From contig JBAYJO010000001.1 of assembly GCA_041665085.1 (NCBI GenBank), forward strand, positions 40,671-104,670: a DNA stretch of 64,000 nt. Reading direction: 5' to 3'. The position numbers were made by a program, and so were the translations under genes. The notes below the pieces were generated by a model. It worked only from the letters and a program-made list of their open reading frames with translations. It was not told where the DNA came from and did not search any database. Shown piece after piece: positions 29,396-39,374 of this stretch. Position 1 is the first letter of the stretch. Each line of letters starts with the position of its first letter. The stretch comes from Patescibacteria group bacterium. GTDB taxonomy: Bacteria > Patescibacteriota > UBA1384 > JBAYJO01.

Positions 29396-30637
29396 TTATC
29401 TTGAAATGATAATCTCACTAAATCCAGATATATAATTTTTTTCTATATTATACGATGACAGTACCTTGACTTTTTCTTTCTTTTTGACCTCCACAGCTTT
29501 GTTTTTATTGTTCATTATTAATTCGATAAGTTTAATTAGTTCTTTTGTATTGTGTTTACACAAAAAACCATTTTGCCAGTTTTGAATTATGCTTGTGAAG
29601 CATTGGATGTTGCTGTTGATAGTATATAAATCTTTATGAGAAATTAGTACTGCTTCGTTTGGAACAATTGGACTGAAATCTCTAAGTGGCATATTAATCA
29701 AAAATTTTGTGTTAGAGTATCTTAATAGATACTTTGGAAGGTCTGGCTCATAATCAAAAAATAAATAAATTTGTGAATTATCTTTTGCAATTTCTGCAAG
29801 ATTGTTTTGAATTTTTTCAATAAATGCTTCATCGCTAAAACTAGAAGCAATTAAAATTCCTATAAAATCGTCGTGCTTCTTGCAAAACTGAATCATACAA
29901 TTTAAAGAAAAATCCAGTCCTTTATATTCGTCAGCCCTTGCGTATGAAAAAATGATTTTTTTATCGAGAGGGATCTTTTTTTTGGCTAGAAACAATTTAA
30001 TTTGTTGTTTAGTTAATCTGGTGTATTTTTTAAGTTCATTAAAATTTAGACCATTCCTAAACTGAATCACCTTGTTATTGGGGATTGCAAGCTTCTTCTT
30101 TATTATTTCATCAACTGACTTAGATATTGATCCCAGAAAATAATTTGGTAATTTTTTTATTTTTGAGATTGCTTGATCCTCCCAACTACGAAGATCTTTT
30201 TCGTTACAATAACTTTGTTTGTGTACGCCAGCTAAGCTATGAGGAATCCAAACATTAATTAGATTCTTTTGATCCGTTAGAACTCCTGCAAAAATTGAGT
30301 CATTGGCTAAAACTATATTTTCGCCGGAATTATTATCCGAAATATGATGAATAATGCCAATAGCTTCTTTGTTATATTCTTTCCACAAAACCAGATCAAA
30401 ATAAGAGTTATTGAGAGATTTACGTCTTTTAATATAGAAATTATTACTCGAATTTCTTTTTGTGTCAGACAGAGATATTACAAACAAACTCAATAATATT
30501 CCTCGTTTAGCAAAGTAGGCTCTAACGTTAGACCATGACTTTGCAAAGTTTTGCGCAATTGTACCTACCCCGCAACGAGTTTCGGTTATTCCATCTTCGG
30601 TTAGATAGATAATATTAAATAATTTTTTTGAGTTCAT
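29396..30637 (-). CDS. GT-B fold glycosyltransferase-like protein
   Basis: CGVGT, WIPHSL, FRNG, YARADEYKGLD, IVPNEA. Confidence 0.75.
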   Translation of the reverse strand: MNSKKLFNIIYLTEDGITETRCGVGTIAQNFAKSWSNVRAYFAKRGILLSLFVISLSDTKRNSSNNFYIKRRKSLNNSYFDLVLWKEYNKEAIGIIHHISDNNSGENIVLANDSIFAGVLTDQKNLINVWIPHSLAGVHKQSYCNEKDLRSWEDQAISKIKKLPNYFLGSISKSVDEIIKKKLAIPNNKVIQFRNGLNFNELKKYTRLTKQQIKLFLAKKKIPLDKKIIFSYARADEYKGLDFSLNCMIQFCKKHDDFIGILIASSFSDEAFIEKIQNNLAEIAKDNSQIYLFFDYEPDLPKYLLRYSNTKFLINMPLRDFSPIVPNEAVLISHKDLYTINSNIQCFTSIIQNWQNGFLCKHNTKELIKLIELIMNNKNKAVEVKKKEKVKVLSSYNIEKNYISGFSEIIISR

Positions 30638-31175
30638 CTTCAACTTTTTCTAGTAAATTCACTTTGTCATGTCCTGAGGTAATATAAATAACATTTTTTT
30701 TATTTTTAAAAAATAATTTATAAAAATCACTGCAATGTTTCATTCCTTCTGAACCACTCCATACATCCTCAATTATAGTTTTTCTTGGACGATTAATAAG
30801 GCTGAATTCTGGAGTTTGATTCAAATAAATATAATAATCTGGTTCATATAACTTATGTTCTTTTAGGGCGGTTGCAACCCATTTTTTCTTCTCCTTAAAA
30901 TTTCTGGCCAATTTAAATTTTTCTGCCACATAATCCCAAGCCAACATAGACGGGTACCCTCTATCAATAACTGAATTTTTTCTACTTCTTTGGGCTAGAT
31001 AATATTTTTCCTTTGTTTCTTCAAATATTTTTTCTTGACTATCAGAGATAGCAGACTCGTCTAAATGTCCCAATGACTCATTTACTTTTTCAAAATTAAA
31101 TCGGTCTCGTAGCAAATCTGCAACTGTGGTTTTACCACTAGCCGGAAGACCTTCAATTACGAATATCTTTTTCAT
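30615..31175 (-). CDS. Deoxynucleoside/thymidylate kinase-like protein
   Basis: IEGLPASGKTT, IDRGYPS, PDYYIYL. Confidence 0.8.
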   Translation of the reverse strand: MKKIFVIEGLPASGKTTVADLLRDRFNFEKVNESLGHLDESAISDSQEKIFEETKEKYYLAQRSRKNSVIDRGYPSMLAWDYVAEKFKLARNFKEKKKWVATALKEHKLYEPDYYIYLNQTPEFSLINRPRKTIIEDVWSGSEGMKHCSDFYKLFFKNKKNVIYITSGHDKVNLLEKVEDELKKII

Positions 31176-31710
31176 TTAGTTGAAGCTCCTTTTCTCCCTT
31201 AACCCTTTTTTCCCAAGGGAATCTAATCCATTTTAAGTGGGGGCAAATAAAAGCCACATAAAGACTAACGCCATAATTTGAAGAAGACATATCAAACTTT
31301 TCGTCAATAACAATGGAGCAGATACCAGTGAGAGTGGATCCGCCTTTCTTAATCTTGGCAATTGCCCCGTCTATTGTCACCCCTTTAAAAATAATATCTT
31401 CTACAATGAGATAACGTTTACCTTTTTTAATTTTTGAGCTCATCCCAGTTTCCACAAACTCGCAGTAATCATGCGGAGTGTTTGAGGCAGTTCTTTTGCC
31501 TTGATAGAAAGATAAATCGCGCTTGACAGTATGATGAGAGATGATTGCAGCGGGAACCATGCCTCCTCGAGCCATAACTAAAATCTCATCAAAAGAAGAA
31601 GCATCAAGAGACTCAATACTCTTCAATACGCCATTAAAAATATTGTCCCAGGAGAGGCAAATCACTTTTGACTTATTGCTCATTAATTTTGGCTTATTTG
31701 CAAATTTCAT
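31153..31710 (-). CDS. Type I phosphoribosyltransferase (XGPRT/HPRT-like)
   Basis: MARGGMVPA, LIVEDIIFKGVT, WIRFPWE. Confidence 0.87.
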   Translation of the reverse strand: MKFANKPKLMSNKSKVICLSWDNIFNGVLKSIESLDASSFDEILVMARGGMVPAAIISHHTVKRDLSFYQGKRTASNTPHDYCEFVETGMSSKIKKGKRYLIVEDIIFKGVTIDGAIAKIKKGGSTLTGICSIVIDEKFDMSSSNYGVSLYVAFICPHLKWIRFPWEKRVKGEKELQLNEKDIRN

Positions 31711-32390
31711 TTGTTGATTACTACAAATGCATCAAAACTACCTTTGAAAATGGATACTTTTTTGATGTTATATGTGGCACCTAATTTTTTAATCTTACCC
31801 AAAATATTAATTAGTTTTTTTTCCTCAATGCTAGTGATTTTTCCAACTTTTCTGGTTTTATTAACACCAAAATAGTCATCTTTAGTTTCAACAATAATAT
31901 TAAATAATATGTATTTTTTGCTCATTGAATACATCTTAAAAATATTGTATTCCAAATATTTTTGGAAAAATCTTGTTTTCGAATTTAATCCACCTAAATT
32001 AATTACTAGGTCGTATTGAGCTTTAGGGTTGAAGGAAAGAAAATTTTCCGTTTTAACATCTAGTGAATTATTCTTATTCTTGACATAATTAATAAACTCT
32101 GGCACAATATCAATTCCAGTATACTGAACTTTTTTGTTACATTTGTCTTTATAAAAATAATAGAAATTGCCAGTTCCGCAACCAACATCAAAAATAGAGA
32201 AAACTTTTGCGCAATCAATTATGCCAATTGAGTAATTGAAAAATTTTAGACTGCCCTCCTTATCTCTCCAGTCTAAAGACTTTTCCGAGATGCCTGATTT
32301 TTTTATTCTTGCTTGATAGTAAGAAATTATCTTGTTTGAATCAAGTTGCCATTTTTCTAACAGAATTTTTTTATTCAAATTTTGATTCAT
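31707..32390 (-). CDS. Class I SAM-dependent methyltransferase
   Basis: FDVGCGTG, YTGIDIVPEFI. Confidence 0.88.
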   Translation of the reverse strand: MNQNLNKKILLEKWQLDSNKIISYYQARIKKSGISEKSLDWRDKEGSLKFFNYSIGIIDCAKVFSIFDVGCGTGNFYYFYKDKCNKKVQYTGIDIVPEFINYVKNKNNSLDVKTENFLSFNPKAQYDLVINLGGLNSKTRFFQKYLEYNIFKMYSMSKKYILFNIIVETKDDYFGVNKTRKVGKITSIEEKKLINILGKIKKLGATYNIKKVSIFKGSFDAFVVINK

Positions 32391-32534
32391 ATATTAGGAT
32401 TCATATTTTAGTTATTTATACAACAATTAGGGGACTTCGTCAAAGAATTGGAAAACTCTATTTTATTCTTAGCCTTGAAAATGCTATATTGAGATTAAAG
32501 ACAGAATGATTAATTGTTATTTATTATATTTCCA

Positions 32535-33635
32535 ATGAAAAAAGTTAAATCTATATCGGCAGGTGGACTTATCTCTAGAAATTTTCAGGACAGGTTAGAA
32601 CTTCTTTTAATTACAACTCTTGATGGCAAATTGACGATTCCAAAGGGTCACATAATTGGAACTGAGACATTTGAAGAAACTGCTGTCAGAGAAATCAAGG
32701 AAGAAATTGGGCTGAAAGAAGCTGCTGTTACCGGTTCTTTGGGAGATATAACTCGAGATGGTATGGAACCTAGCGGGGAATCCTCATTAAAAGAAATCCA
32801 TTTTTTTCTTATGAAAGGATCTGGTTATACTTATCTTCATGAAGAAGATTATGTTTGGATAGAGTTTGATCGTGCGTTGAAACTTATGCAATGGAAAGAA
32901 GAAAAAGAACTGATTGAAGAGAATAAAAAGAAAATTGCCAAGAATGTCTCTGACTATTTTTCCAAAAGCGATTTATCATTACTGTGGGATAATCAATACG
33001 CCAATTATCAAAAAAGAGATGAATTCGCGTTGAAGCCATATAATATAATAGAAGAAACGCTAAGCAAGCTCACACCTAGCGCTACTATCTTTGAGTTGGG
33101 AACGGCCACAGGGAGAGATGCCCTAACTTTCGCCAAAGCTAAAAAATCTAAAATTTTTGGTATCGATATATCCTTGCACGCCATTTGTAAAATGTGTGAA
33201 AACTTTATGTCTTTTGAGCTAGATCACCTGTTAACAACAAAAGTAATGGATGCAGGAAACATTATTGAATCTGATTTACCAAAAAAAATAGATATATTTT
33301 TTGCCAGATTTGCCTTGAATCTTTCTGATATGAAAACTTTTTTTCTCATCAATGAAATTATAAAAAAAATGCCCATTGGAGGATATGTAATTATTGAGGG
33401 CAAAACCAAACAAGACTATGGTATCCTAGAGGGCAAAAAATTAGGACCAAATGTTTATAGAGATAAACACGGCTTCAATATCAGAACATGGGACGAATCA
33501 TATGTTAATGAATATTTTGTGAAGAAACTCAAGCTAAAATTAGTAAAATATAAAAAAGCTAGCTTTTTATGGGGACAGAACAGGGCCAATGTCGCCTATT
33601 TTGTTCTGCAAAAAACCAGAGAATATTGTTATTGA
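32535..33635 (+). CDS. NUDIX hydrolase-class I methyltransferase fusion
   Basis: Nudix box PKGHIIGTETFEETAVREIKEEIG; C-terminal FELGTATGRD and GIDIS. Confidence 0.85.
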   Translation: MKKVKSISAGGLISRNFQDRLELLLITTLDGKLTIPKGHIIGTETFEETAVREIKEEIGLKEAAVTGSLGDITRDGMEPSGESSLKEIHFFLMKGSGYTYLHEEDYVWIEFDRALKLMQWKEEKELIEENKKKIAKNVSDYFSKSDLSLLWDNQYANYQKRDEFALKPYNIIEETLSKLTPSATIFELGTATGRDALTFAKAKKSKIFGIDISLHAICKMCENFMSFELDHLLTTKVMDAGNIIESDLPKKIDIFFARFALNLSDMKTFFLINEIIKKMPIGGYVIIEGKTKQDYGILEGKKLGPNVYRDKHGFNIRTWDESYVNEYFVKKLKLKLVKYKKASFLWGQNRANVAYFVLQKTREYCY

Positions 33636-33667
33636 GAGAAATTATTAATTAATGTTAAAATAAAAAT

Positions 33668-34516
33668 ATGAAGAAAGTTTTGAAAGTGATTTGGAATGAG
33701 TTTATTTATGGGGGGCATTTGCTTGCTCTGGGACCAGTAGCCATTAATTTATCTGTGATGACTGCTTTAAAATTACCTATCAATTTTTTTATTTTAGTTG
33801 GAGTATATCTTCTATCATATATTGTTTATTTTTTCGATCGAATTCAGGATTATGATTTAGAATCATCTCAATTAAGAAAGGATTTGTATAAATTTCATTT
33901 TAAATATCGTATTTATATTTCTGTAACAGTAGTTATTGCCTTATTATTATCAATGTATGCAGCCAGCATGCAAAGTTTTTATTTGTCTTTACTATTTATT
34001 ATTTTAGGTTTTTTCTACGGTATTTTTTTTAAAAAATTAACTCATATTATAATTGGATTTAAAAGTTTTTTTGTCGCAATTCTTTATTCTGGCACGATTT
34101 TGTTTACTCTTTCAGTCATCCCAACCGTTAATAGTTTTGGGTTAAAGCTGATTCTGATTTTATTCTTTTTTTATTTTATGCGATGGTTTATTAATACATC
34201 TTTTTGTGATGTTAAGGACAGGGAAGTGGACAAGAAAATTGGTTATAAGACTTTGGCTGCAGTTTTAACCAACAGAGTTTTTTTAATAACAATTCATATA
34301 ATTAATCTTTTTTCATTAATGTTTTTAGTTATAATGATTTATTATTTTAAATTACCTTATTATTTATTTGGGTTATCTTTAGTTTTTCCTTTCACTGTCT
34401 TGTATTTAAATTTATATCAAAAACAGTATGATTTACAGAAATTAACAAATATATGGGCTGACGCAGAAGTTATAATTTGGTTATTTGTATCAATAGGAGG
34501 GTTTAAATGGGTTTAA
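33668..34516 (+). CDS. UbiA-family prenyltransferase-like membrane protein
   Basis: Multi-TM, YFFDRIQD and DVKDREVDKKIGYKTLA Asp-rich motifs. Confidence 0.8.
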   Translation: MKKVLKVIWNEFIYGGHLLALGPVAINLSVMTALKLPINFFILVGVYLLSYIVYFFDRIQDYDLESSQLRKDLYKFHFKYRIYISVTVVIALLLSMYAASMQSFYLSLLFIILGFFYGIFFKKLTHIIIGFKSFFVAILYSGTILFTLSVIPTVNSFGLKLILILFFFYFMRWFINTSFCDVKDREVDKKIGYKTLAAVLTNRVFLITIHIINLFSLMFLVIMIYYFKLPYYLFGLSLVFPFTVLYLNLYQKQYDLQKLTNIWADAEVIIWLFVSIGGFKWV

Positions 34517-36243
34517 TAGGGTTAGTTTTATTAGTGATAATAATTTTAACTGGTGGAATTTTAGGAATAGCTGTTTATAGCAGCAATAAAAAATCGATTG
34601 TTGGCAAATTTTTTCTATTAACATCCATTAGCATTCTTTTGTGGAATATTTTTGGTTATTTAGGATATTGGACAAGTTCAGATCAATATATAACTATTTT
34701 TTTTAAATTAAATTACTCAGCAGTTGCACTCTGTTTTTTGTCATTTTATTATTTTTCTGTGCACTTCCCAATCGAATTAAAAGAACGAAAACTAATCGAT
34801 TTTTCTATATATTTTTTAGGATTTGTTTTTTTAATTTTATCAATATCAAGTAATTGGATTATTAAAGATGTAAATCTTCTGAGTGATGGTTCTATCAAAA
34901 TGCAAACTGGATTTCTAGGGAATTATTTTTATCTTTACACTTTTATAGTGACTATTAATATTATTTACTCATATTTTAAAAGATATTCTTCATTAGATAG
35001 TGATATAAAATTAAAAGTGAAGTTTTTTATAATAGGAACTTCTTTGTGGGCTTTATTTAATGTAATTTTTAATATTATTGTTTCGGTTTTTGGAAATAAT
35101 TATCGCTATACCCAGCTTGGTGATTTTTCAGCAATATTTTTTATTGGCTTCACGGCTTATGCGATTTTGAAGCATCAATTATTTAATATCAAAGTCATTG
35201 CAACTGAAACTATTGTCGTTTTATTATCGATTGGCTTATTAGTAGAAACTTTTTTGTCCAATACTGTTGGGGAGGGTCTTATTAAAGCGGTGGTGTGGAT
35301 TCTTGCGACTTACGGGGGATATAGATTAATTAAAAGTGTTAAATTGGAGATTCAGCAGGCAGAAGATTTAAGAGCAGTTACTAAAAAGTTAGAAAGTACA
35401 AATAAAGATCTAAATGTTGCCAATGAAGAACTCAAAAAACTTGATAAAACTAAAGATGAGTTTATTTCAGTTGCAAGCCACGAATTAAATACTCCGCTTG
35501 CGGCTATAGAAGGTTATTTATCGATGATATTGGATGAACATATGGCTAAGGTAGATACGAAGGCAAAAGAGTATTTGAAACGCGCTTATCAATCGTCAAA
35601 ACGTCTTGCAGCACTTATTATGGACCTGCTTAATGTATCGCGTATTGAACAGGGAAGAATTCATCTTCAATATGTGGAAACTAATATCTGCGATTTAATT
35701 GAAGAAGTTGTTCATGAGCTTGAAATCAAAGCTGACCAAAAGAAAATTAAAATTAGTTTTGCCTGCCCTGCAAAAGAAATTCCAAAAACATGGCTTGATC
35801 AAGCTAGATTTCATGAAATTATTACAAATTTAACCGGAAATGCAATTAAATTTACTGAAAAGGGAGGCGTGGTTGTTTCTGCAAGCATGAAAGATGATAA
35901 GGTTACAATATGTATTAAAGATAATGGTATTGGAATTGCAAAAGAAAATTTAGAAAAATTGTTTCATAAATTTAGCCAAGTTAATCGAGAAGAATATGAA
36001 AAGCAGGGTTCCGGGCTTGGGCTGTATATTTCCAGAAGCTATGTAGAACTTATGAATGGTAGAATTTGGGCAGAAAGTGAAGGAGAAGGAAAGGGTACTT
36101 CATTTTTTGTCGAAATACCAATTCTAAAAAAGAAACCTTTTGACCCTAACGAAGGTGAAGGATCGGTTATAAGATCAACTCCTGATCAGGAAGTGATGAA
36201 ACAAGTAATGCAAATATCAGAGAAGCATGCGATAAAAGAATAA
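34507..36243 (+). CDS. Sensor histidine kinase with N-terminal multi-TM (7TM-like) domain
   Basis: Hydrophobic N-half ending AYAILKHQLF, H-box SHELNTPL, NLTGNAIKF, GSGLGL. Confidence 0.93.
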   Translation: MGLIGLVLLVIIILTGGILGIAVYSSNKKSIVGKFFLLTSISILLWNIFGYLGYWTSSDQYITIFFKLNYSAVALCFLSFYYFSVHFPIELKERKLIDFSIYFLGFVFLILSISSNWIIKDVNLLSDGSIKMQTGFLGNYFYLYTFIVTINIIYSYFKRYSSLDSDIKLKVKFFIIGTSLWALFNVIFNIIVSVFGNNYRYTQLGDFSAIFFIGFTAYAILKHQLFNIKVIATETIVVLLSIGLLVETFLSNTVGEGLIKAVVWILATYGGYRLIKSVKLEIQQAEDLRAVTKKLESTNKDLNVANEELKKLDKTKDEFISVASHELNTPLAAIEGYLSMILDEHMAKVDTKAKEYLKRAYQSSKRLAALIMDLLNVSRIEQGRIHLQYVETNICDLIEEVVHELEIKADQKKIKISFACPAKEIPKTWLDQARFHEIITNLTGNAIKFTEKGGVVVSASMKDDKVTICIKDNGIGIAKENLEKLFHKFSQVNREEYEKQGSGLGLYISRSYVELMNGRIWAESEGEGKGTSFFVEIPILKKKPFDPNEGEGSVIRSTPDQEVMKQVMQISEKHAIKE

Positions 36244-36254
36244 AAATAGTTTTT

Positions 36255-36317
36255 AAAGTTCATAAAGTCTATAAAGTCGAAAGGGAAAAAGATTACTTCG
36301 TTTTGCTCGCAATGATA
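36255..36317 (+). repeat. Composite repeat R1 (AAAGTT-family plus GCAATGA REP)
   Basis: AAAGTTCATAAAGTCTATAAAGTCGAAAG then GATTACTTCG...CTCGCAATGATA. Confidence 0.7.
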
Positions 36318-36373
36318 AAGGATATGGTAATGCCTAGAGCTAATCACTCTAGGCATTTATGTCTTATGTGAGG

Positions 36374-37342
36374 CTAGTCGTAGATTGACCAGCCGAGTTG
36401 TTTGATAGTGTCGGCAGAGATGCTGAGCTTGACGAGCTCGTTCTTACTGATTTTAGCGTCCCCTCCCCAGTCGATGACTTTCCAGCTATCTTTTGCTTTC
36501 TTCAGAAGATATGTCGTATCACCACCATACTGATGTTCTCGGGCGTCAACTACATAGTTTGTAATAGCGGCATAGTCGCCCGCGATCTTCTTCTGTCTGA
36601 ACCGATCTTTGTATGGCGGCGGCGTAATGCTAAACGGTGGAGTACATATGTTGTAGTATTCGACCGTTTCCTCAATCGTGAGTATTCTCTTGCTCTTCAG
36701 CAGTTTGATCCTTGATTGTTCCCAAAGCCGTTCGGATCTTTCGAGAATCTTCACACCACAGGGGTTGGAAAATGCCATATCTTTAGGGTGTATAATAGGT
36801 ATTTCCCAACTACGGGAGCCGTAGACATCGGTTATGTAGTATCGCATTGCTTGTGCTGAAGCTATTTCCGATTCAAGAATCCATTTACCATCAGATGATA
36901 CTTTGTTCACGATGTCGGTGTTAGCATTGATCATTTTCCGTAGCGATGTATAAGATATGCTCAATCCTTTGATCTTTGGTGAAGCATTACCGCACTCTAT
37001 TTCCCAGCAGTTGTCGGCGACCTGCTTCATGTTTGTTCCGTCGATATTGACCGCATAGAGATATCTCTGGCGGCTGTTAACTTCGGAGATGAAGTAAATC
37101 GACTTATTGTCTGGTGAGAAAACAGCTGATTCAATGAGGCAGATTGGACCGGGAAATTTGCCGGTGCAAATGAGCTTGTTGTTTCTGCCGTCTAGGTTAG
37201 AAACTTGCAATTCATCTTTCTGCCACCCAATATCAGGGCTTGAAGTTCTCACGATGTACAGCATTTTTGGGTTTGTTGCATTGGTTGATGATGTTGCGAC
37301 GAGCAATACCAAAGTGACAAAAAACAGGATTCTTTTATTCAA
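36374..37342 (-). CDS. Secreted TolB-like repeat protein, paralog A
   Basis: Signal peptide, FSPDNKSIYF and NIDGT repeats; TTG start after GGAGG; promoter 37373..37401. Confidence 0.75.
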   Translation of the reverse strand: MNKRILFFVTLVLLVATSSTNATNPKMLYIVRTSSPDIGWQKDELQVSNLDGRNNKLICTGKFPGPICLIESAVFSPDNKSIYFISEVNSRQRYLYAVNIDGTNMKQVADNCWEIECGNASPKIKGLSISYTSLRKMINANTDIVNKVSSDGKWILESEIASAQAMRYYITDVYGSRSWEIPIIHPKDMAFSNPCGVKILERSERLWEQSRIKLLKSKRILTIEETVEYYNICTPPFSITPPPYKDRFRQKKIAGDYAAITNYVVDAREHQYGGDTTYLLKKAKDSWKVIDWGGDAKISKNELVKLSISADTIKQLGWSIYD

Positions 37343-37530
37343 GGAACGGTACCTCCGCGAAGTGATGAGTAGATTATATAACTGAATTGTTTATTTTTCA
37401 ATAGGTTGGATTGGTTGTTGGAATGACAAATAGGGTTAAAATGATTGCTATATTTCGTTCGAATGATAATTAGTGTTATTATAAAATTAAGTCTAATACG
37501 GAATAGTATTAAGTATTAAAAAATAGTTTT

Positions 37531-37645
37531 TAAAATCTATAAAGTCAGAAAGTAACTGGATTCCAGCTTTCCGCCTAGGTTCGGTGAGATTGGTCACTGT
37601 AATGACAGAAGGGAAAAGATTGCCACGGATGACCTCGCAATGACA
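37531..37645 (+). repeat. Composite repeat R2
   Basis: CTATAAAGTCAGAAAG, CTGGATTCC...AATGACA, GATTGCCACG...CTCGCAATGACA. Confidence 0.7.
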
Positions 37646-37739
37646 GAGGGGACTAAAATGGCAAATGAGTTGGAATGTGATAAGAAAATGGTAAGGCCTG
37701 AAGCGGGGAGCTTCAGGCCTTTGGTTTTGTGCGAGCCGG

Positions 37740-38687
37740 CTAGTCGTTGATTGACCAGCCGAGTCGCTTGGCGGTATTGGCAGTGATGTTGAGCTTGCCG
37801 AGCTTCCTCTTGTCGATCCCTGACTCATCGGAGAAGTAAACGACTTTCCAGCTACCCTGTGTTTTCTTGAGCAGGAAAGTCTCTTCTTCACCGATTCGAT
37901 TCCCTCGTGAATCGACCTCCATTCGAGTTATGCTCGCGACATTACCGATCGATTCGCTTTCTTTGAATTCTTCCCTGTTGGGAGAAAGCGGAATCCCGAG
38001 CGCGGATTTGAGAAGGCAGTAGTATTCGACTGCCTCCTCAATGCTGTACGATTTCTTCTTGAGAAGGTAATCGATCTTGGACTTAAGTTGCGCTATGTGC
38101 AACTTGTCCAACGCCTTCTTTCCGCAGGGGTTGAAGAAGCCGATATCTTGCGTCCTCGTTGCGACCGATAGCCATGTCAGTGAACCATTGGTGGCACTGA
38201 CATAATATCGGAGTTGCCCTTTTGGATCGGTCCATTGTTCAGCCATCCAACATCCATCGGGGCTGACCTTGTTCTCGATCCTCGAGCCGACTACCAGCAT
38301 CTTCTGAAGTGAAGCGTAGCTGATAGTTAGACCCTTGATCTTTTGCGGGGAATTTCCCGCTTCGATCTCCCAGCAATTCGCTATCTTTTTCAGCTTCTTG
38401 CCATCAAGTGTTGAGCTGTAGAGGTACTTTTGTCTACTGTTCACGAAGTAGATGAAGTATATCTCTTTGTTGCTAGGCGAAAAAGTGGCTGCTTCAACGT
38501 ATCCCTTTTCGCCATATAACTTGTTTCCGCAGATCGGAAACCAGTTGGTTCCGTCTGGGTTGCATACGACCAGTCTGGTATTATCCCAGCCGGTCCTTTC
38601 GATGAAGAACATCTTCGGCTGGCAGAGCGCTGACCCTGATATAACTATGGTCAGCAGAATGATGAAAAACGTGACTTTTCTGTTCAA
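37740..38687 (-). CDS. Secreted TolB-like repeat protein, paralog B
   Basis: Colinear with paralog A (VNSRQ.YLY, NCWEIE.GN, KIKGL.ISY.SL, LGWSI.D); promoter 38715..38743. Confidence 0.75.
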   Translation of the reverse strand: MNRKVTFFIILLTIVISGSALCQPKMFFIERTGWDNTRLVVCNPDGTNWFPICGNKLYGEKGYVEAATFSPSNKEIYFIYFVNSRQKYLYSSTLDGKKLKKIANCWEIEAGNSPQKIKGLTISYASLQKMLVVGSRIENKVSPDGCWMAEQWTDPKGQLRYYVSATNGSLTWLSVATRTQDIGFFNPCGKKALDKLHIAQLKSKIDYLLKKKSYSIEEAVEYYCLLKSALGIPLSPNREEFKESESIGNVASITRMEVDSRGNRIGEEETFLLKKTQGSWKVVYFSDESGIDKRKLGKLNITANTAKRLGWSIND

Positions 38688-38792
38688 GATACGCCTCCGT
38701 CAAGTAGTGGGTAGATTATACAATAAAAGAGATAATATTTCAATATCTAAGTGAATTTATTTTGATTTTTAAAATTAATGATATGATAGACT

Positions 38793-38899
38793 TAAGTTTA
38801 TAAAGTTAAAAGATGAATATTAGTTGGATTCCATCCGCCAGCTGGCGGACTGTCTGGAATGACAAAAGAAAAGATTGCTTCGAATGGATCGCAATGATA
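38793..38899 (+). repeat. Composite repeat R3
   Basis: AAGTTTATAAAGTTAAAAG, TTGGATTCC-ATCCGCCAGCTGGCGGA-GGAATGACA, GATTGCTTCG...TCGCAATGATA. Confidence 0.7.
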
Positions 38900-38996
38900 C
38901 GAAAAAATAAAGTTTAAATTTTTAAATTATGACATTGAAAATTGAATTTAAATTTTAAATTAGTAAATTTTAAATTAATTATAAATAAGGAGGTAG

Positions 38997-39374
38997 ATGT
39001 ATAAAATTATGTTGGTTGAAGATGATAAAATACTTCAGGAAATGTATAATGCCAGACTTGAAGCAGAGAGCTTTGAAGTCAAAGTGGCTGAAAATGGAAG
39101 AGAAGCAATAAATCAATTAAAGGATTGGCATCCTGATTTAATTTTGCTTGATATTATGATGCCTGAAATGAATGGAATGGAAGTTTTACATTATTTAAAG
39201 TCTGAACCAAAAACAGAAAAGATCCCGGTATTTATTTTGACTGCACTCGGACAATCAAAAGACCGTGAAGCAGGTCTTAAAGCAGGAGCAGATGATTATA
39301 TCGTTAAGTCCGATCTAATGCCAAAAGAAGTGGTGGAGAAGATTAATCAAGTTCTTAAAGTTAAAAGTTCATAA
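38997..39374 (+). CDS. Receiver-only response regulator
   Basis: IMLVEDD, ILLDIMMP, GADDYIVK. Confidence 0.93.
   Translation: MYKIMLVEDDKILQEMYNARLEAESFEVKVAENGREAINQLKDWHPDLILLDIMMPEMNGMEVLHYLKSEPKTEKIPVFILTALGQSKDREAGLKAGADDYIVKSDLMPKEVVEKINQVLKVKSS

Noticed and set aside
37493-37891. 132-aa minus-strand ORF
   Set aside because: Alternate frame of paralog B running through repeat DNA.
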